A stretch of 63,391 nucleotides of DNA, counting the filler, from Reticulomyxa filosa (Eukaryota > Protista > Foraminifera), in assembly GCA_000512085.1 (NCBI GenBank). It is 19 parts of 19 records of this genome, joined end to end, with 100 filler letters (N's around TTAATTAATTAA, not from the genome) between each part and the next. Parts side by side here need not be neighbours in the genome. Positions count along the whole stretch, not along the records: positions 49,650 to 51,056 come from ASPP01029085.1; positions 51,157 to 52,647 come from ASPP01007268.1; positions 52,748 to 54,970 come from ASPP01033739.1; positions 55,071 to 56,204 come from ASPP01033876.1; positions 56,305 to 58,037 come from ASPP01029352.1; positions 58,138 to 63,391 come from ASPP01016379.1; 13 more parts are not named here. One strand, 5' to 3'. Below, piece by piece: positions 50,436-63,391 of this stretch. A program made the position numbers and the translations under genes. The notes beneath the pieces were generated by a model. That model was not told the origin of the DNA and ran no database searches. It was given only the letters and a program-made list of their open reading frames with translations. Position 1 is the first letter of the stretch. Every line of letters begins with the position of its first letter.

Positions 50436-50793
50436 GATTTTTTTTCTTTGATTAATATTGTATATTTCATTTATGTATGTCTTTTATTTGCTCAATCAGT
50501 TTAATATGAACACAATTTAATTTAATACACATATCAGATTATTGCTATGTTAAAATGTATATCATTTAACTATTTTTAGGATAAGTATTTGTCGCATAAA
50601 TAATTTGATAATTTTAATTGTAAAAATCATAAGTCAATAACAAGTTGTATACAGATCCTTGAAAACACTTTTTTTGTCGGAAAAAACTCAGGATTCAGAT
50701 AATATATATGCACACAGTGTTTTCTTTTAATACTATTTAGAAAATAGTTACATTTCCAGTTTATAATTGTAAAATACTGAAATTATTTTTCTA
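50436..50793 (+). repeat. Dispersed ~350-bp AT-rich repeat, copy 1
   Basis: Colinear with 57685-57993 on another contig (TTTGATTAATATT..GATAAGTATTTGTC..GTCGGAAAAA(A)CTCAGGATTCA..TAATTGTAAAATACTGAAATTATTTTT). Confidence 0.88.
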
Positions 50794-51156
50794 CATAATT
50801 TGTAGATTATTAATTTCTTTTTTTTTTTAATTATAATAATTAGAATTTAAGCCTTTCAAAAATTATATTATTGAATGTTCAAATTTTGTTTCATACAAAT
50901 AGACTTGTACAACATATATATCAACAGCCAGCATATGAAATTGAAAAATTTTTTTATCATCATCGTAAAAAGCAACATTTCGCGCTTCTTTCTTTTGTTT
51001 TTCATTCGTTTGCATCATTTCTTGTCCATGTTTTGGATGTAATATAAAGCAATCAGNNNNNNNNNNNNNNNNNNNNNNNNNNNNNNNNNNNNNNNNNNNN
51101 TTAATTAATTAANNNNNNNNNNNNNNNNNNNNNNNNNNNNNNNNNNNNNNNNNNNN

Positions 51157-51163
51157 TAATAGC

Positions 51164-51213
<50 letters not shown>

Positions 51214-52082
51214 TAATAATAATAATAATGATAATAATAATCTTGCAAATAATATGAACACTTCTGTAGCAACACTGATTGGACCCATCTATCCCTCGCC
51301 TCTGATTTCTCCTCATCTCTATCAGCCGCATGTATTGTACCCCGCTCCGTCGACATATCCATTCTACGCGCCCTCCGTTCCAACTCCGTCCAGTGCATAT
51401 CTGTCTTCGATGCACAACATCAACTCCGCCCCCTCCAGCACCACCATCACCCACTCTCCGTTGTTCATGACCTCCAGAGTCGGTAGTCTCTCCAATGTTG
51501 GAATTGGTATCGTTGGAGTTGGACCCAATGTGGTAGCAACCAATACAAGCGGAGCAGGAATAGGAATAGGAATAGGGAGTCGAGAAAATCAAAGTTTAGA
51601 TACTATTGGCTCGCCTTCATTAAGTCGAAGACACTCGACAGGATCGAATGTGTTCTCATTCACTGGAAATAGCAATAGTAATAATAGTAGCAATAGAAAT
51701 AATAATAACAGTCTATCCCCGCCATTGGGACGACGCATGTCGCCTGCACTCGTATCCGTGGGTTCGTCGAATCACCGCGATCATGTCAATGGACAGAGCG
51801 GCGGCTATGTGTATCCCAGCAGCACGTCCATCAATCGAATCATACCGAGTGTCGACAGCGACAGCAAAAGAGCCACACTGTTTGATGTGCCTTCTCTTTC
51901 GCGAACTGAAACCACCTCGAATGTTAGAATGAAAAACATCCCTGTCTCTGTTGCCGTCGCCAACACAACGAGATCCATGTTCACCAACACTCCGTCTTTT
52001 CGATTCGCTGAACTCCCTCCTCTTTTGGCTGTCCCCAGTACCAATTCCAATTCCAATGTCAATACTTCACAAACTCTATCTG
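51157..52082 (+). CDS. Internal exon of a Ser/Pro/Asn-rich disordered protein (poly-Asn from an (AAT)n repeat)
   Basis: Open frame of more than 300 codons with elevated GC, ending at a GTATGT donor at ~52083. Confidence 0.6.
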
Positions 52083-53039
52083 GTATGTATATGAATATAT
52101 TACATATACATATATGTATATATGTACATATATATATATATATATATATGTGTACATATGTATACATATGGAATATGTCAAACAAAGGTTAATGTGGGAT
52201 GAGCAATCGTTGCAAATATATTTCTTTTCGTCTGTTGTATCATCCTTCCGCTCTCCCTCCCCTTTTTCGCACCTGTCCCAAACACACAGCCATTTGAGGG
52301 GCTCTACGTAGCGAATGTATTTATTCTGATGCTTGTGACTTTGTTATATTTCGACTCTGTTCTTTTTGTTTGTTTGTTTGTTTTTGGGCTTTGTTTTTTA
52401 ACGGTAGGTCTAATTGTAGTTTGTTGTCGTGAGGAAGTTGTTTTTTTTTTTTTTTTTTTTTTGCTTGTTTTGATTTGTCTTGTGTTCATTTCTCTCTCTC
52501 CTTTTTCTCTTTTTTTTTTCCCCCTTCTCTTTCCTTCTTCCTTCTTGACGCAAACCTTGAATGTTAGCAAATCAATGTTTCTGCTTTTGGAAGTCGGTTC
52601 TTGTAAGGTTTCTGTTTGTTTGTTTGTTTGTTTGTTTGTTTGTTTGTNNNNNNNNNNNNNNNNNNNNNNNNNNNNNNNNNNNNNNNNNNNNTTAATTAAT
52701 TAANNNNNNNNNNNNNNNNNNNNNNNNNNNNNNNNNNNNNNNNNNNNGACTTATCAAAGTTAGACCTCGCAATGGAAAAATTTATCAAATACAAAAAATT
52801 GACAAGTAATTTTATCAGTTTTACAGATATATCTATCGACAATTCCTACTAAATTAAATACATTTTATGAGTTTTGTAATAACTTGGATGATCAACACCT
52901 TTCGGATATGGAAACCAGATTTGATACTTGACTTCCAAAATTAGGCGAATGTCAAATGGGAATCAGAGATGAGCTTTTTATTTTCCAATCAAAATACAAT
53001 ACAACAACTTCTTGAAACAATACCTAAGCAAATTCAAAA

Positions 53040-53276
53040 TATTTTGCATCAACTCTTTTTCAAAGTTTGAAGGATTGGCTCAATCCATTTTCTCAGTCTC
53101 GGTGTGCTACACAAATACGAAATCCTCATTTGTGGGAGTTTTCTTAAAAGGGCTTGCTATTCTTATCATACACTCAAAAACGAATGCAAGTTGATCTGTA
53201 AGTATCCAAGTAATGCCACATTAAAAGGACACTGTGTAGTGAAACCAGCAGATGACAATAATGAAATAACTTTGTG
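53040..53276 (+). pseudogene. Kelch-like family pseudogene, second copy
   Basis: FQSLKDWLNPFSQSRC / VLHKYEILICGSFLKRACYSYHTLKNECKLICKYPSNATLKGHCVVKPADDNNEITL*, with a frameshift and a stop. Confidence 0.75.
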
Positions 53277-53759
53277 ATTGCAAATCAGATAAAATAATCT
53301 TATGTTCACGATGCCTTTTGATGTTTTAAAGAAAGATTTAAATGATATTGTAATATTTTTTTATGGAATTTTTAGTTTTCTAGAATAAATAAAAAAAATC
53401 ATTCTTATGTTCACCGACCATGAGTTGAACAATTGCGTGAACTGTAAAAAGAAAAGAATTTTTCAAGTAACATTATTCATCGCAAAAGTTTAGTGAAATT
53501 GAAAAACTAATGCACAAACGAACTCTCCAAGGAAGAAACATTCGGAAATGAGATGTTTTGGACTGTAGAATTGATTGGGTTGTTTATTTCAATCAACTGG
53601 TTCAGACATTGATGCGAATAAAGAATGGTGAAAGAATATATCAAAAAAATTACAACAACTAGAGTAAATACATCCGATCACAGTAATGACAACAAATCAC
53701 ACAAAACTAAAAAGAAGAAAAACAAATAAGGCTGAGTCAATGTGTTTTTGTTGTGGCGT

Positions 53760-54970
53760 ATTTCATTATCAAGTGGATTGGATGGACAACATTGCACAAG
53801 TTTGTATATTGTGTCAGTGTTGTTTTTCATTTCCACGTGTTTGTGCGTATTCGGAGTCCGTGTATTTGCTTTGCTTCGACTGATGCAGCAACAGCACGCT
53901 TTGCAATACATTGTATCATCATTGCTATCATTGAGACTCAATAGAAAGCGTCTTTGGCAGCGGCCAATGCAAGAGGCGAAGAAGAAAAAAGAGGAAATAT
54001 TTTGATACAACTGCGACCCCAAGATTAGACCATATATCAACGTCATCTCAAGTACCAATGACGAAACGGAGCCAATAGCAATGACAATGGAAATGAAAGC
54101 CGATTGAAAGGCAGTATTCGTGACCTTGTTCTGTTCATATTTAATACAATGATTTGATCATTGTATAATATGTTAAGTCGTCACTTTATTTCTGGATATG
54201 AATCAAGGCAAGACGCGGAATAATGTGGTCGTGTTCATATTCACAATAGCAAGGTTGTTCGTGTATTTGGCGAAACGAAGTGGCCCTTGAGAACGCAGGC
54301 ATTACTGCAAGGATGAGAGTTTGTGCATTGTGATACTTTCTTGACTCATGTCGTCTTGGAAAAGATCCACCAATTTGTTTTTGAATGAGTGGAAATGGTA
54401 CTCCCGATATTGTGGATGAACCAATATTATTTCCCGATCCAATCTCTTCATGTGTCTTTTCCATTGCTATCATTTGTTGTTGGTGTTGTTTATCATGGAA
54501 GAATCACTATACTATTATTATTTTTTGGATATCAAATTTTCTTTGTTTTTTGTGATGCTTCCGTTCTCACCAGGACAGCAGTATTTACTTCAGCTGTCGT
54601 TTTGTCTCGAGTACGGATGAAGGCAAGAGGGCCAACATTGCTTCGACAAAGAATGCATGATCGTGCTTGTGTCTATGATGGCGATTGTTTATATATTTTG
54701 CGAAATGGAGTAATCCTTGGAAATACAGGTCATCATTCATTTGCCATTACTGCAAGGACGAAACGTATATTACTAGTTTGCACGTATTGTGAGAAGATGG
54801 ACATCATTTTCTTGGCTCAGATGCCACCTTGGAAAGATTCACCAATTTGCGTTTGATTGGTTGGAGATTGTACTCCTGATATTGTAGACGGACTGAATTG
54901 TCTCGCGATCTAACTCTTTCATGTGCCTTTCGCATTGACACTACTCGCTGTTGTTGATTTTATTTGCATG
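53760..54970 (-). pseudogene. 7TM/GPCR-like gene relic (C-terminal TMs and Cys-rich tail) with an internal ~480-bp-period duplication
   Basis: AFISIVIAIGSVSSLVLEMTLIYGLILGSQLYQN..YCKACCCCI. Segment 54355-54490 is similar to 54828-54960. Several stops. Confidence 0.4.
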
Positions 54971-56304
54971 NNNNNNNNNNNNNNNNNNNNNNNNNNNNNN
55001 NNNNNNNNNNNNNNTTAATTAATTAANNNNNNNNNNNNNNNNNNNNNNNNNNNNNNNNNNNNNNNNNNNNGATTATATTTGCAACCTGTATTCCAAGTTA
55101 TAATGTTTTTTTGTTATGTGATTGAAATATGTATGACAATATATACGTATATAACATAGGTCTACAAAGAATATAATACCTGTCTATCAAGAACTTGGAA
55201 AGTGGCTGTTGTGGTTGCAGTGCCAAGCAAGGGTGAAGCGACGTACAAACAACGCCAAATTTGTGTGATATTTGATTGCAAGTATTTAACGCTTGCCTCA
55301 CATTTTTTGATTGAAAAATTTATTTTTTGTGTGAATTGTACTTTTTTTTAATTTTCCTTTAGTGATAATTATAATGTCCCGCCTCCATCTCACTTGATTT
55401 CTTCATAATCAAAGCATACTCATCGTAAAAAACTTTTGAGCTTTAATATTTTAAATCTAAAAGAAAGCGCGTTGGACTGAGCGAAATAAGAATTGATTCT
55501 GGTCAATATTGGCAAAAGACTTCGAGTATTATCTTTTTGCAGTCATGTAGGGACGAAAAGAAGAATACGTATAACATGAGATGATAAAGACAATGGCAAG
55601 AAAGAAAAAGAAAAGGACTTGCATTGCAAGCATTTTTGTATCACAATTAATGCAGGAGAACACGTGTTTTCCTCCATGTTTGATTTTTTTTTATTTTTTC
55701 AAAGGCCTCACCGCAATAGCAATTGAAAAGGTCGATAAAGCAATAAAAAAAAAAACATTAGAAGATTTAGGTCATTGGCATTATTTTTGTATTTTGTTGT
55801 TCAGGTGTTTGTAATGCATAAGTTGTACATATTTTTTTATTTTTTTTAAATATTCATGAAATTTAGGATTCCCAAATGCAAGGTTCAGTTCACTTTCACC
55901 AATATGTACACATTATTTTCAACTTTCTAGCATCGCTTCAATCCCGAAAGGGTTTACCTTGATGCACATAGCGTTTTATCAAGAAAGTGGCTTGTCTACT
56001 ATTCCGCAATGTACATCTCGTGGTGAATGACATTATTATTATTTTTCCCATGACTCCGGCATAAGATATGCCTTAAAAGTTCCATATGTGAGATATTCAT
56101 CCAATCGGCAATACAAGCACAGCGCTGAAATCGATTGTGTGTAATTCAAATGCACTGTGGTCTTCACTTGCACGAAAAAGGACACAACAATAGGTTCATT
56201 ATTTNNNNNNNNNNNNNNNNNNNNNNNNNNNNNNNNNNNNNNNNNNNNTTAATTAATTAANNNNNNNNNNNNNNNNNNNNNNNNNNNNNNNNNNNNNNNN
56301 NNNN

Positions 56305-57560
56305 CAATACCTATTACAAAAAATTGAAAATTATAAAAAGGAGAAAAGGGATTTACTAGAACAAAAATTACTATTGTTTCAATCTATTGAACAAGAGTTA
56401 AAAACCAGGCTTGAAAATATTAATAAATGTATCAATACATATACTGATATGTCTGAGAAAAAAAACCAATTAAGACAATTATTACAAGATGATAATAATT
56501 GTACGTTAGATTTTGATTGTAATGAAAGAAAAATAAATATGAACGTCCATTTACAAACGAAAAAGACATTGAAAAGTCGTCCAAATGATTGAGCAACTAC
56601 TCAAACAATATGTCGTTATTGTCGAATCTGGGCAGATCACTTTAGGTAATGTAAAAATAAAAGAAGATTCAAAAAGTCATGTTAATCCAATAGTATCCTT
56701 GAGTTGTTCGATAGAAAGTATTGAAAATGAATTAAAAGGTAGATCTTTTTATGAATTGGAGGTGACAAAATTCAATCATAATAAAGATTTAGAACGATTG
56801 GAAATATTTAAGCAAATTCCTGGGCAAGCTTTATCCAATGGCACAATTGAAATTGGTGAAAAAAAGAACATTTATTAGAATGGGGCAAGACTTATCGATA
56901 AGAATGAGATTATCGTTTTGCCAGGGTCTTGGGTTTACTAATTTCTCAAACGATGTAACATTTGATACATCAACTGAAGACGAGTTTAGTCCAATCATTT
57001 TAACAAATCAAGAAAGCAAATTACTATTGTCCTATTTGCCACAAGGACTTCGCAGTAAATTGGTGTTGTTGTATCAGGGAAGTCGTGATGGGTTTGATCC
57101 AACTGACTTCCACCAAACATGTGACAATAAAGGGAAAACGGTCACAATTATAATGGAAGAATGTAATCATGTGTTTGGTGGGTTTACTAATGCGAAATGG
57201 TATTCGAGCAGAGGTGTTGCGTATTCTAAAGATGGTGGTGCGTTTGTATATTTATTGAGAAACAATTCAAGTCGCTCTCCGCAAAAATGGAACATTAAGC
57301 CGAGTCAAAGCGACTATGCCATTTGTAACCACTTAAATTATGGGCCAAGCTTTGGTACGTATATGCTATTTTGACGATTAATAAATATATGTAATTATTT
57401 TAAATTTGTTTGATTTTTTTTATTTCAGGTCGTGCGGTACGACCTTACAATAGTCAAAAATTGTAGAAATAAAAAAAATTAACAAACATATGACCCAAGT
57501 GACGACATCGTATTGGCAGGTACAAACAATTTTGAAGTAAAAGAAGTTAGGTGTATTTGG
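56305..57560 (+). pseudogene. Coiled-coil plus TLDc-domain gene, disrupted
   Basis: LVLLYQGSRDGFDPTDFHQTCDNKGKTVTII..HVFGGFTNAKW..AFVYLLR..YGPSFG, intron 57355-57428, then LAGTNNFEVKEV. Two upstream frameshifts and a stop in the last exon. Confidence 0.8.
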
Positions 57561-57684
57561 TGGAATGAATAAAAAAATTGATATAGTATATTTTTGTTTC
57601 ACATGGTCCAGTATTTAAGTTTTCGTTTGTCTTTCATTTATTGGATTGAAAAAAATTTAATTAATTTTTTTAAAAAAGAATTGT

Positions 57685-57993
57685 GATTTTTTTTATTTGA
57701 TTAATATTTACATTTCATTTATGTATATCTTTTATTTGTTCAATCAATTTAATTTAATGCACAATATTAGTTTATTGCTATGTTAAAACTTATATCATTT
57801 GATAAGTATTTGTCACTAAATAATTTGATAATTTTAATTACCATAAGAACTTGTATAAATATCATTAAAAACACTTTTCGTCGGAAAAACTCAGGATTCA
57901 TATAATATATGCACATATTGTTTTCTTTTAATACTATTTAGAAATAGTTATATTTCTAGTGTATAATTGTAAAATACTGAAATTATTTTTCTA
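57685..57993 (+). repeat. Dispersed ~310-bp AT-rich repeat, copy 2
   Basis: Same anchors as 50436-50793. Confidence 0.88.
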
Positions 57994-58218
57994 ATGATTA
58001 TGTGAAAGTGAAATTAAGGATTCATAAAACTTAAGAANNNNNNNNNNNNNNNNNNNNNNNNNNNNNNNNNNNNNNNNNNNNTTAATTAATTAANNNNNNN
58101 NNNNNNNNNNNNNNNNNNNNNNNNNNNNNNNNNNNNNAAAAATATTTTCCAAAATACGAAGCTTTTTTTGCGTGCCAAATTTTGTAAGTGTACGTCTTTT
58201 GTGTTATTTGCAAAAAAA

Positions 58219-59782
58219 AAAAAAAGGTGAGAATATATGGTCAACGCGACAAATCTCAAATGCGGATTGGTTTGACATCAAAAAGGCGAAACGAATGAAA
58301 ACAGGGAAAAAGATCGCTCCAGCAAGTGCTCTGAAATCACTGCTGGATACATTGTACAAATTCAATAATAACAAATATAGTCGACATGTCCTCTTCAATT
58401 ATGGCGATGAATATTGTGTCCAACATAATAAGGAAGGAATTGTTTGGTTACCATTTGGAGGTAATAATGAAACGTTTTTCAAAGCAAAAAAAAAAAATAT
58501 TTTTTTTTTTGATGTTGTTTCTAAATGCAAAACAGAATTTTGCTCACTAGTATTTTTTTTTTTTTTTTTTTTGCAAAAAGATTCAGAAGAAATGACTCCA
58601 AGCCTTTACAATTACGAAGTGGTCTTTTACAACTATTGGAATACATGGTTCGAAACGTCACCGGAAAACAATCATAGCCCGGTCTACCAACCTCTGTTTT
58701 GGAGATATGATATTGGTTCATTTGTCTCAGCTCCGCAAATGTTGCTCAACTGGACGGATGGAAAGGAACTAAGTTCTGCTACCAACTCAAAGTACAACCT
58801 ATCCCAAAAAAGTTCGAGGAACAAAAAAAAAGTGAACTCAAAAAAAATGGACTCCAAAAAAGATGTCGTGGCGGATTTGCATTTCAAATTTTCCAAGTTT
58901 TTTTTTTATTTCAAAAAAAAAAAAAACTTTCCTATTTTTTTTTTTTTTAGGTGATATTAACTGAGGTACAATTTTTTTTTTAAAAAAAGTGAACGTAAAT
59001 ATTTAGCAAATGCGATGTATTCATTGGCCACTGGACAAGGTGAGAGAAGCGAATTGCAATATCTGATATCGATGATAGTGCAAAAGGTAGAAGCGAATAT
59101 ATGGGACGAAAACAAGAGTATCCAAATATTTACACGGTATTTTAGCGAGTGGAAAGGGAACAACAACGAAGATGGGGGGTATTTAAATGCAGATCAATAC
59201 AAATCGGTGTTGCTGGACAGTATCTTCACTATCTGTCCGTTTGGAAACAATCCAGAGACGTTTCGGTTGTGGGAAGCTATTGGACATGGTTCAATCCCGA
59301 TCATTGCTCTAGATTCAAGTTATTTCGAACGGTATCCCTGCATGGATTCTTTCAGGCCCATTTTTGATTTCAGTCAATGGTATTATGGATACAATCAAAC
59401 CTATCCAATCTCCCACGACGAGATGAGCATCCATAATCGAATGCTCTTTTCATACGATGGGCCCAAGATGGTAGATAAGATCAAAATGCTGATAAAAAAG
59501 TACCAAGCAATGTCCAAGGACGTACAAACTGACCAGCACATGCAAGAATTGTTAATCGATGAAATAGAGTTGATATTAAAGGAAGATACGAACATTTTTT
59601 TACCGGTGGTTATCCTGAGGAATTGGAACGAATTGGAAGACTTTTTTAAAAAAGCCATTCATATTGACTGGGAATGGTATCAGGCTCACACCCTTCTTTG
59701 GTGGCATCGGTTTGTAAAATTTAAGTTTGACCAAATGCTTCACCGGTTATTTGAAAGCGCTCCTTTCTGCAAAACTGCTTAA
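58219..59782 (+). CDS. Exostosin/GT47-type glycosyltransferase, RXYLT1(TMEM5)-like, partial multi-exon
   Basis: YKSVLLDSIFTICPFGNNPETFRLWEAIGHGSIPII is the GT47/RXYLT1 C-terminal signature. WLPFG occurs upstream. Confidence 0.75.
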
Positions 59783-62574
59783 TATTTTTTGTTTTCATAT
59801 AAATGTGTCTATTTTTAAGCTCGTTTATTTTTTAGTTTGTTGCAAATTGTGTCAATATCTTTCTATTTTGTTTTGTCTTGATTAATTGCAAAGAGAACGT
59901 AGTTGTCATAACATAAAAATTTATCGTCAAGGAAGGGAGTGACTTCAACGAAACTTTTTTGCTAAGTGAATGAGAATGTTTGCATGTTCTAAAGAAAGTT
60001 ACTAGATAAATGAGATAGTTGTCAGAACGGACGAAATTTCCATATTGCAGTTACAGACTGCCGCCGTTCTTTCTTCTTCTAAAAGGGGAAGCGAACTTCA
60101 CAGTAATAGAAGAAGCAAACAAGAAATAGATGTGAAGTTTGCCCATATGATATCGTTGATATTTTTTGAAAAATATTAAAAATGTGATGCAGATGTTGAA
60201 CATTATTTCAGATATTACTTTCAAGACCATAAATAAAATATACTATCAAAACACAATTCGAAATTGTGTTGATTTCGAATGAATTTTTCACTATGGAGAT
60301 GCTTTTGAGGTAGTACTACTTTTTAAACAAAAATTCAAGCAAAGCAAATTTTTTTTTTCTAAGAAAAAAATAAAAATGATAGTTATAAAAGTGGAAATTG
60401 ATCTAAATGACGAAAAATGGAATAGTTTGATGTGTGAAACTAGTGATGAAATGGATTGTACATATACAATAGATCAATAATAGTGGAAAATATGGATTTC
60501 AAAATTATATTCTGGAAAAGTGTATGGTCAAGCAAGGAATCAATAGTGGAAGTTGTTTCTTTGCTTACTTGTCCAAGCGAAAAGCGTGAAAAGGTACGTA
60601 CTTTTATGTACACAAAGATTCAACTATGCTACAAGCTTTCAAACTTTGGAGTTGTTTTTTTGTATGTTGATCACTATTTGACAAATGTGCCAATAGACAG
60701 TGTTATGGAAAGCAGGAGAGGATTAAAAAAAAGGGGGTCCATTTAAGAGAATGGAACACCGTGAAATTTAGTTGCGATTTGTAAACAATGAATGGCATCC
60801 CAAACCAAAGAACATGAAGAAATGAATAAACAAAAAAAAATAGTGTGACAATTGTTGACTTTCAGAATAGTTTAGGGGGTGCACAATTCAACAAGTATTA
60901 GAAAATATTAAACATTTTCAACAAAAAAAAATAAAAAACAAGGAGAAGGAAAAAGTGAAAATGAAAAAATTTGACAAGATGCACTTAATTGTGGCCTGGC
61001 AAAACACTTTTCTTTTTGGTTTTTCTTCTCCTTCATATTTTCCAAAACGCTTTTGAAAACGGTGAATTGTAACACATTAGCTCTCTGAGTGGAACGAAAA
61101 AAATATTAAACAATTTAATCACTTTGGAAAGAAATAATGACGCAGATGTAACGTTCAACAAGACTTGAGAAAAAATGTTAGAATGAGGGGACCACAAGCA
61201 AATACATTATAACGTGTGGTTGGGTAGCCTTTTCAGCAGCATTGCATAATTGGTTGTGTCCCGTAGCTGGCTATAATAATGGATAAGATCAATTGCCAAC
61301 TTTGGACTGAAACACCTTATGAAGTAGCTTTTTTGATTCTTTGCAGTGAAACTCAAGTTTTGTTACTGTATCAAAGAGACGGGAAAAAAGTTTGGCATGT
61401 GCAATATTATGAACAAAACCAAAATTTCCAGACAGTCGAAACAGTGTGAGCAATATTAAACAACGGAAGTTGGGATACAAACGCATCAATTTGGATAATT
61501 GTTGGATTTTTTTTGCCATTTGCGTCTTTGCGAGGAAAATTTTGCACTTCCCAGAAGAAAATGCACATGAGAAAAAAAAGAGTAACATACAACACGGATG
61601 GATATTTATAAGCTTTGCAAAAAAAAGCGAGCCGTGCTCCAGGAAAGCATGTGTATTGTTTCACTGAGAGAATATGGGATATGTGACCAAGGGCCAAGAC
61701 CTTTCGTGATGTGCACTATATCGATGCGGATCTCATTAGCTCGTTGTTCGCATGTTTTTCGGTCCTTTCTCCCTTTGTTTGAAATAAGCAACACGCGTAT
61801 TTGTTCAACTACTTTTTAAAAAAGTAGGTAAAAAGATCGTGCAAAACTTTTTTTCTGTGGTGCACTATGTTCACCATATTTTTAGTTCTTGCAAGTCAAA
61901 ATGTAATATAAACATTCGAGCCAATGATTGTCCAAATATTTTTGTTTTCCTTTAAGATAACACTACTTCACTTTATTCTTACTTGAAATGTCTTTTCTTG
62001 GTTGATCTTCTTTTTGTTTTCAGTAACAATTGAGACATTTTCCTTTACGTTGAATGTGGAATATATATAATGACATTGTGATGGAAAACAGGAAACCAGT
62101 ATTGCATAATTTTTCTTGTTGTCATAAAACTGTAAAATGATCTTTAAGGTACCTGTGTTCATAAGCGGGAAACAGAAAACGTGAGAACAAAAAGGTGCAA
62201 AGGGACAGTAGCTTGCAAATGTTTGCCGACCCAAAGAAAAAACCTGTTGCCATATTTTTCAAACGCAGCATTTGTTTGTTTGTGTGTGGTTTATGTTTCA
62301 TTTGTCTGTATATGGGCATGATGTTCATTATTTGAATTACGAACAAAGAAAACAAAAAAGACGGTGTTGTTTTGCAAAAAAAAAAAAGAGGCTTTGCAAT
62401 TTACACAAGTTCGGAAAATTAATTGGAAGTATTTTGGATTGAGTATTGATCCTAGCAATAGCAAGCAGCGTGTTTAAGATGTTTTTTTTTTTTTTTTTTT
62501 TTGGAAGAAAGAGAAACACAAAATAAAAAATAAAAAAAAGAAAGCAAAGATAAAAAACGGATCAAATAAAACAT

Positions 62575-63350
62575 ATGTTCGAAATGTATGGACCATGTGG
62601 CATTCCACCATCACTGTTACAAAATGGAAGTAACGTGACGAATGTGACCGAAAGTGGGAAGAAATACATTTCCGAGTCAGTGAGCCTGTCCGACCTGCAT
62701 GACATTGGCAGAGGCGTGATGTCACAGCCCATGCCTAAGTTCGTTGTGCACTCCAGCGCAGATGTGCTGAGCCACGGGTGTTTCGCATTCGACGCTTTGA
62801 GTCATGACGCGTCACAATACAAAAGAGTGGACCCGAACGACCACGAGAGCCACCTGTTGCCAAGGCACGGCACCGCCGAGATGGCCATCGACCCAGCACA
62901 AACCGACAGTGTTGGCGACATCCAAGACGAAGACGAACTCCGTCTGTACTCGTATAACAATGGCGAGCAAACCGTTCCTTTCACTCCACAATTGTGCACT
63001 CAAGAACTTTCCACTTTATATTCTCAAATTTGCCAAGTACACAAAGGTTTGTTATGGTAACAATTGATTCAACAAAATAAATAAATAACTAAATAAATAA
63101 ATAAATAAATATATATATATATATATATTTATTTATTTATTTAGTTATTTAGTTAGTTAGTTATTTATTTGTGTGGTCATGACCTTGTTTGAATGAATTC
63201 AGGCGAATATGAAGAAATTCGACGGTTTTTGCAGACCAAGCAAAAAGGCTACACTATTGAAATGCAGCAATTGGAATCCAAACAAGCACAATCCCTCAAA
63301 ACTATTTCTGAAATTTATCAAAACAAACACAGCGTCGTTTGTGCGTTTTC

Positions 63351-63354
<4 letters not shown>
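62575..63354 (+). CDS. Hypothetical protein, first exons (3' truncated, coiled-coil start)
   Basis: GC-elevated 161-aa ORF, an intron at ~63048-63202, then ANMKKFDGFCRPSKKATLLKCS / GEYEEIRRFLQTKQK. No family recognised. Confidence 0.5.
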
Positions 63355-63390
<36 letters not shown>

Positions 63391-63391
63391 C

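Noticed and set aside
10499-58137. Regularly recurring TTAATTAATTAA flanked by Ns as a biological repeat, CRISPR array or piggyBac-type site
   Set aside because: It is an identical 100-nt artificial six-frame-stop contig linker. No gene-cluster inference across spacers is valid.
60000-62250. Possible E2 ubiquitin-conjugating relic (TETPYE..F) and other short ORFs
   Set aside because: No HPN or catalytic Cys motif is recoverable and the sequence is heavily degraded.

Overview
This is AT-rich eukaryotic (protist) genomic DNA, not a continuous locus. It is 19 contigs joined by 18 artificial 100-nt spacers (N44-TTAATTAATTAA-N44), so adjacency across a spacer has no biological meaning. Homopolymer-rich short introns, many pseudogenes and the kelch-like, TLDc and 7TM family relics resemble the foraminiferan Reticulomyxa filosa or a relative; this is an inference from recalled family patterns, not a search. 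Contig 1 (1-10498) is a chromosome end. It carries (CCCTAAG)n telomeric repeats, an intact 110-aa YkuD/L,D-transpeptidase-like gene 1.1 kb from the telomere, pseudogenes, a ~1.3 kb duplication and a family of fold-back (palindromic) elements. Other contigs encode ATG13, ALG6, MOB1, a CNG/EAG-type K+ channel, a GT92 and a GT47/RXYLT1-like glycosyltransferase, GST-zeta, a SMYD-type SET protein and a RimJ-type GNAT. They also encode the SPT5 C-terminus, a complete 4-exon T4 Rnl2/REL-type RNA ligase, RPN6, an LRR protein and ZSWIM7/SWS1, plus a LINE relic beside a tRNA-derived SINE-like element. The most notable items are the subtelomeric bacterial-type peptidoglycan enzyme with a probable 5'UTR intron, the intron-containing Rnl2 ligase, the TTAGGGC telomere repeat, and atypical splice signals (GTT donors, A-rich AAG acceptors).
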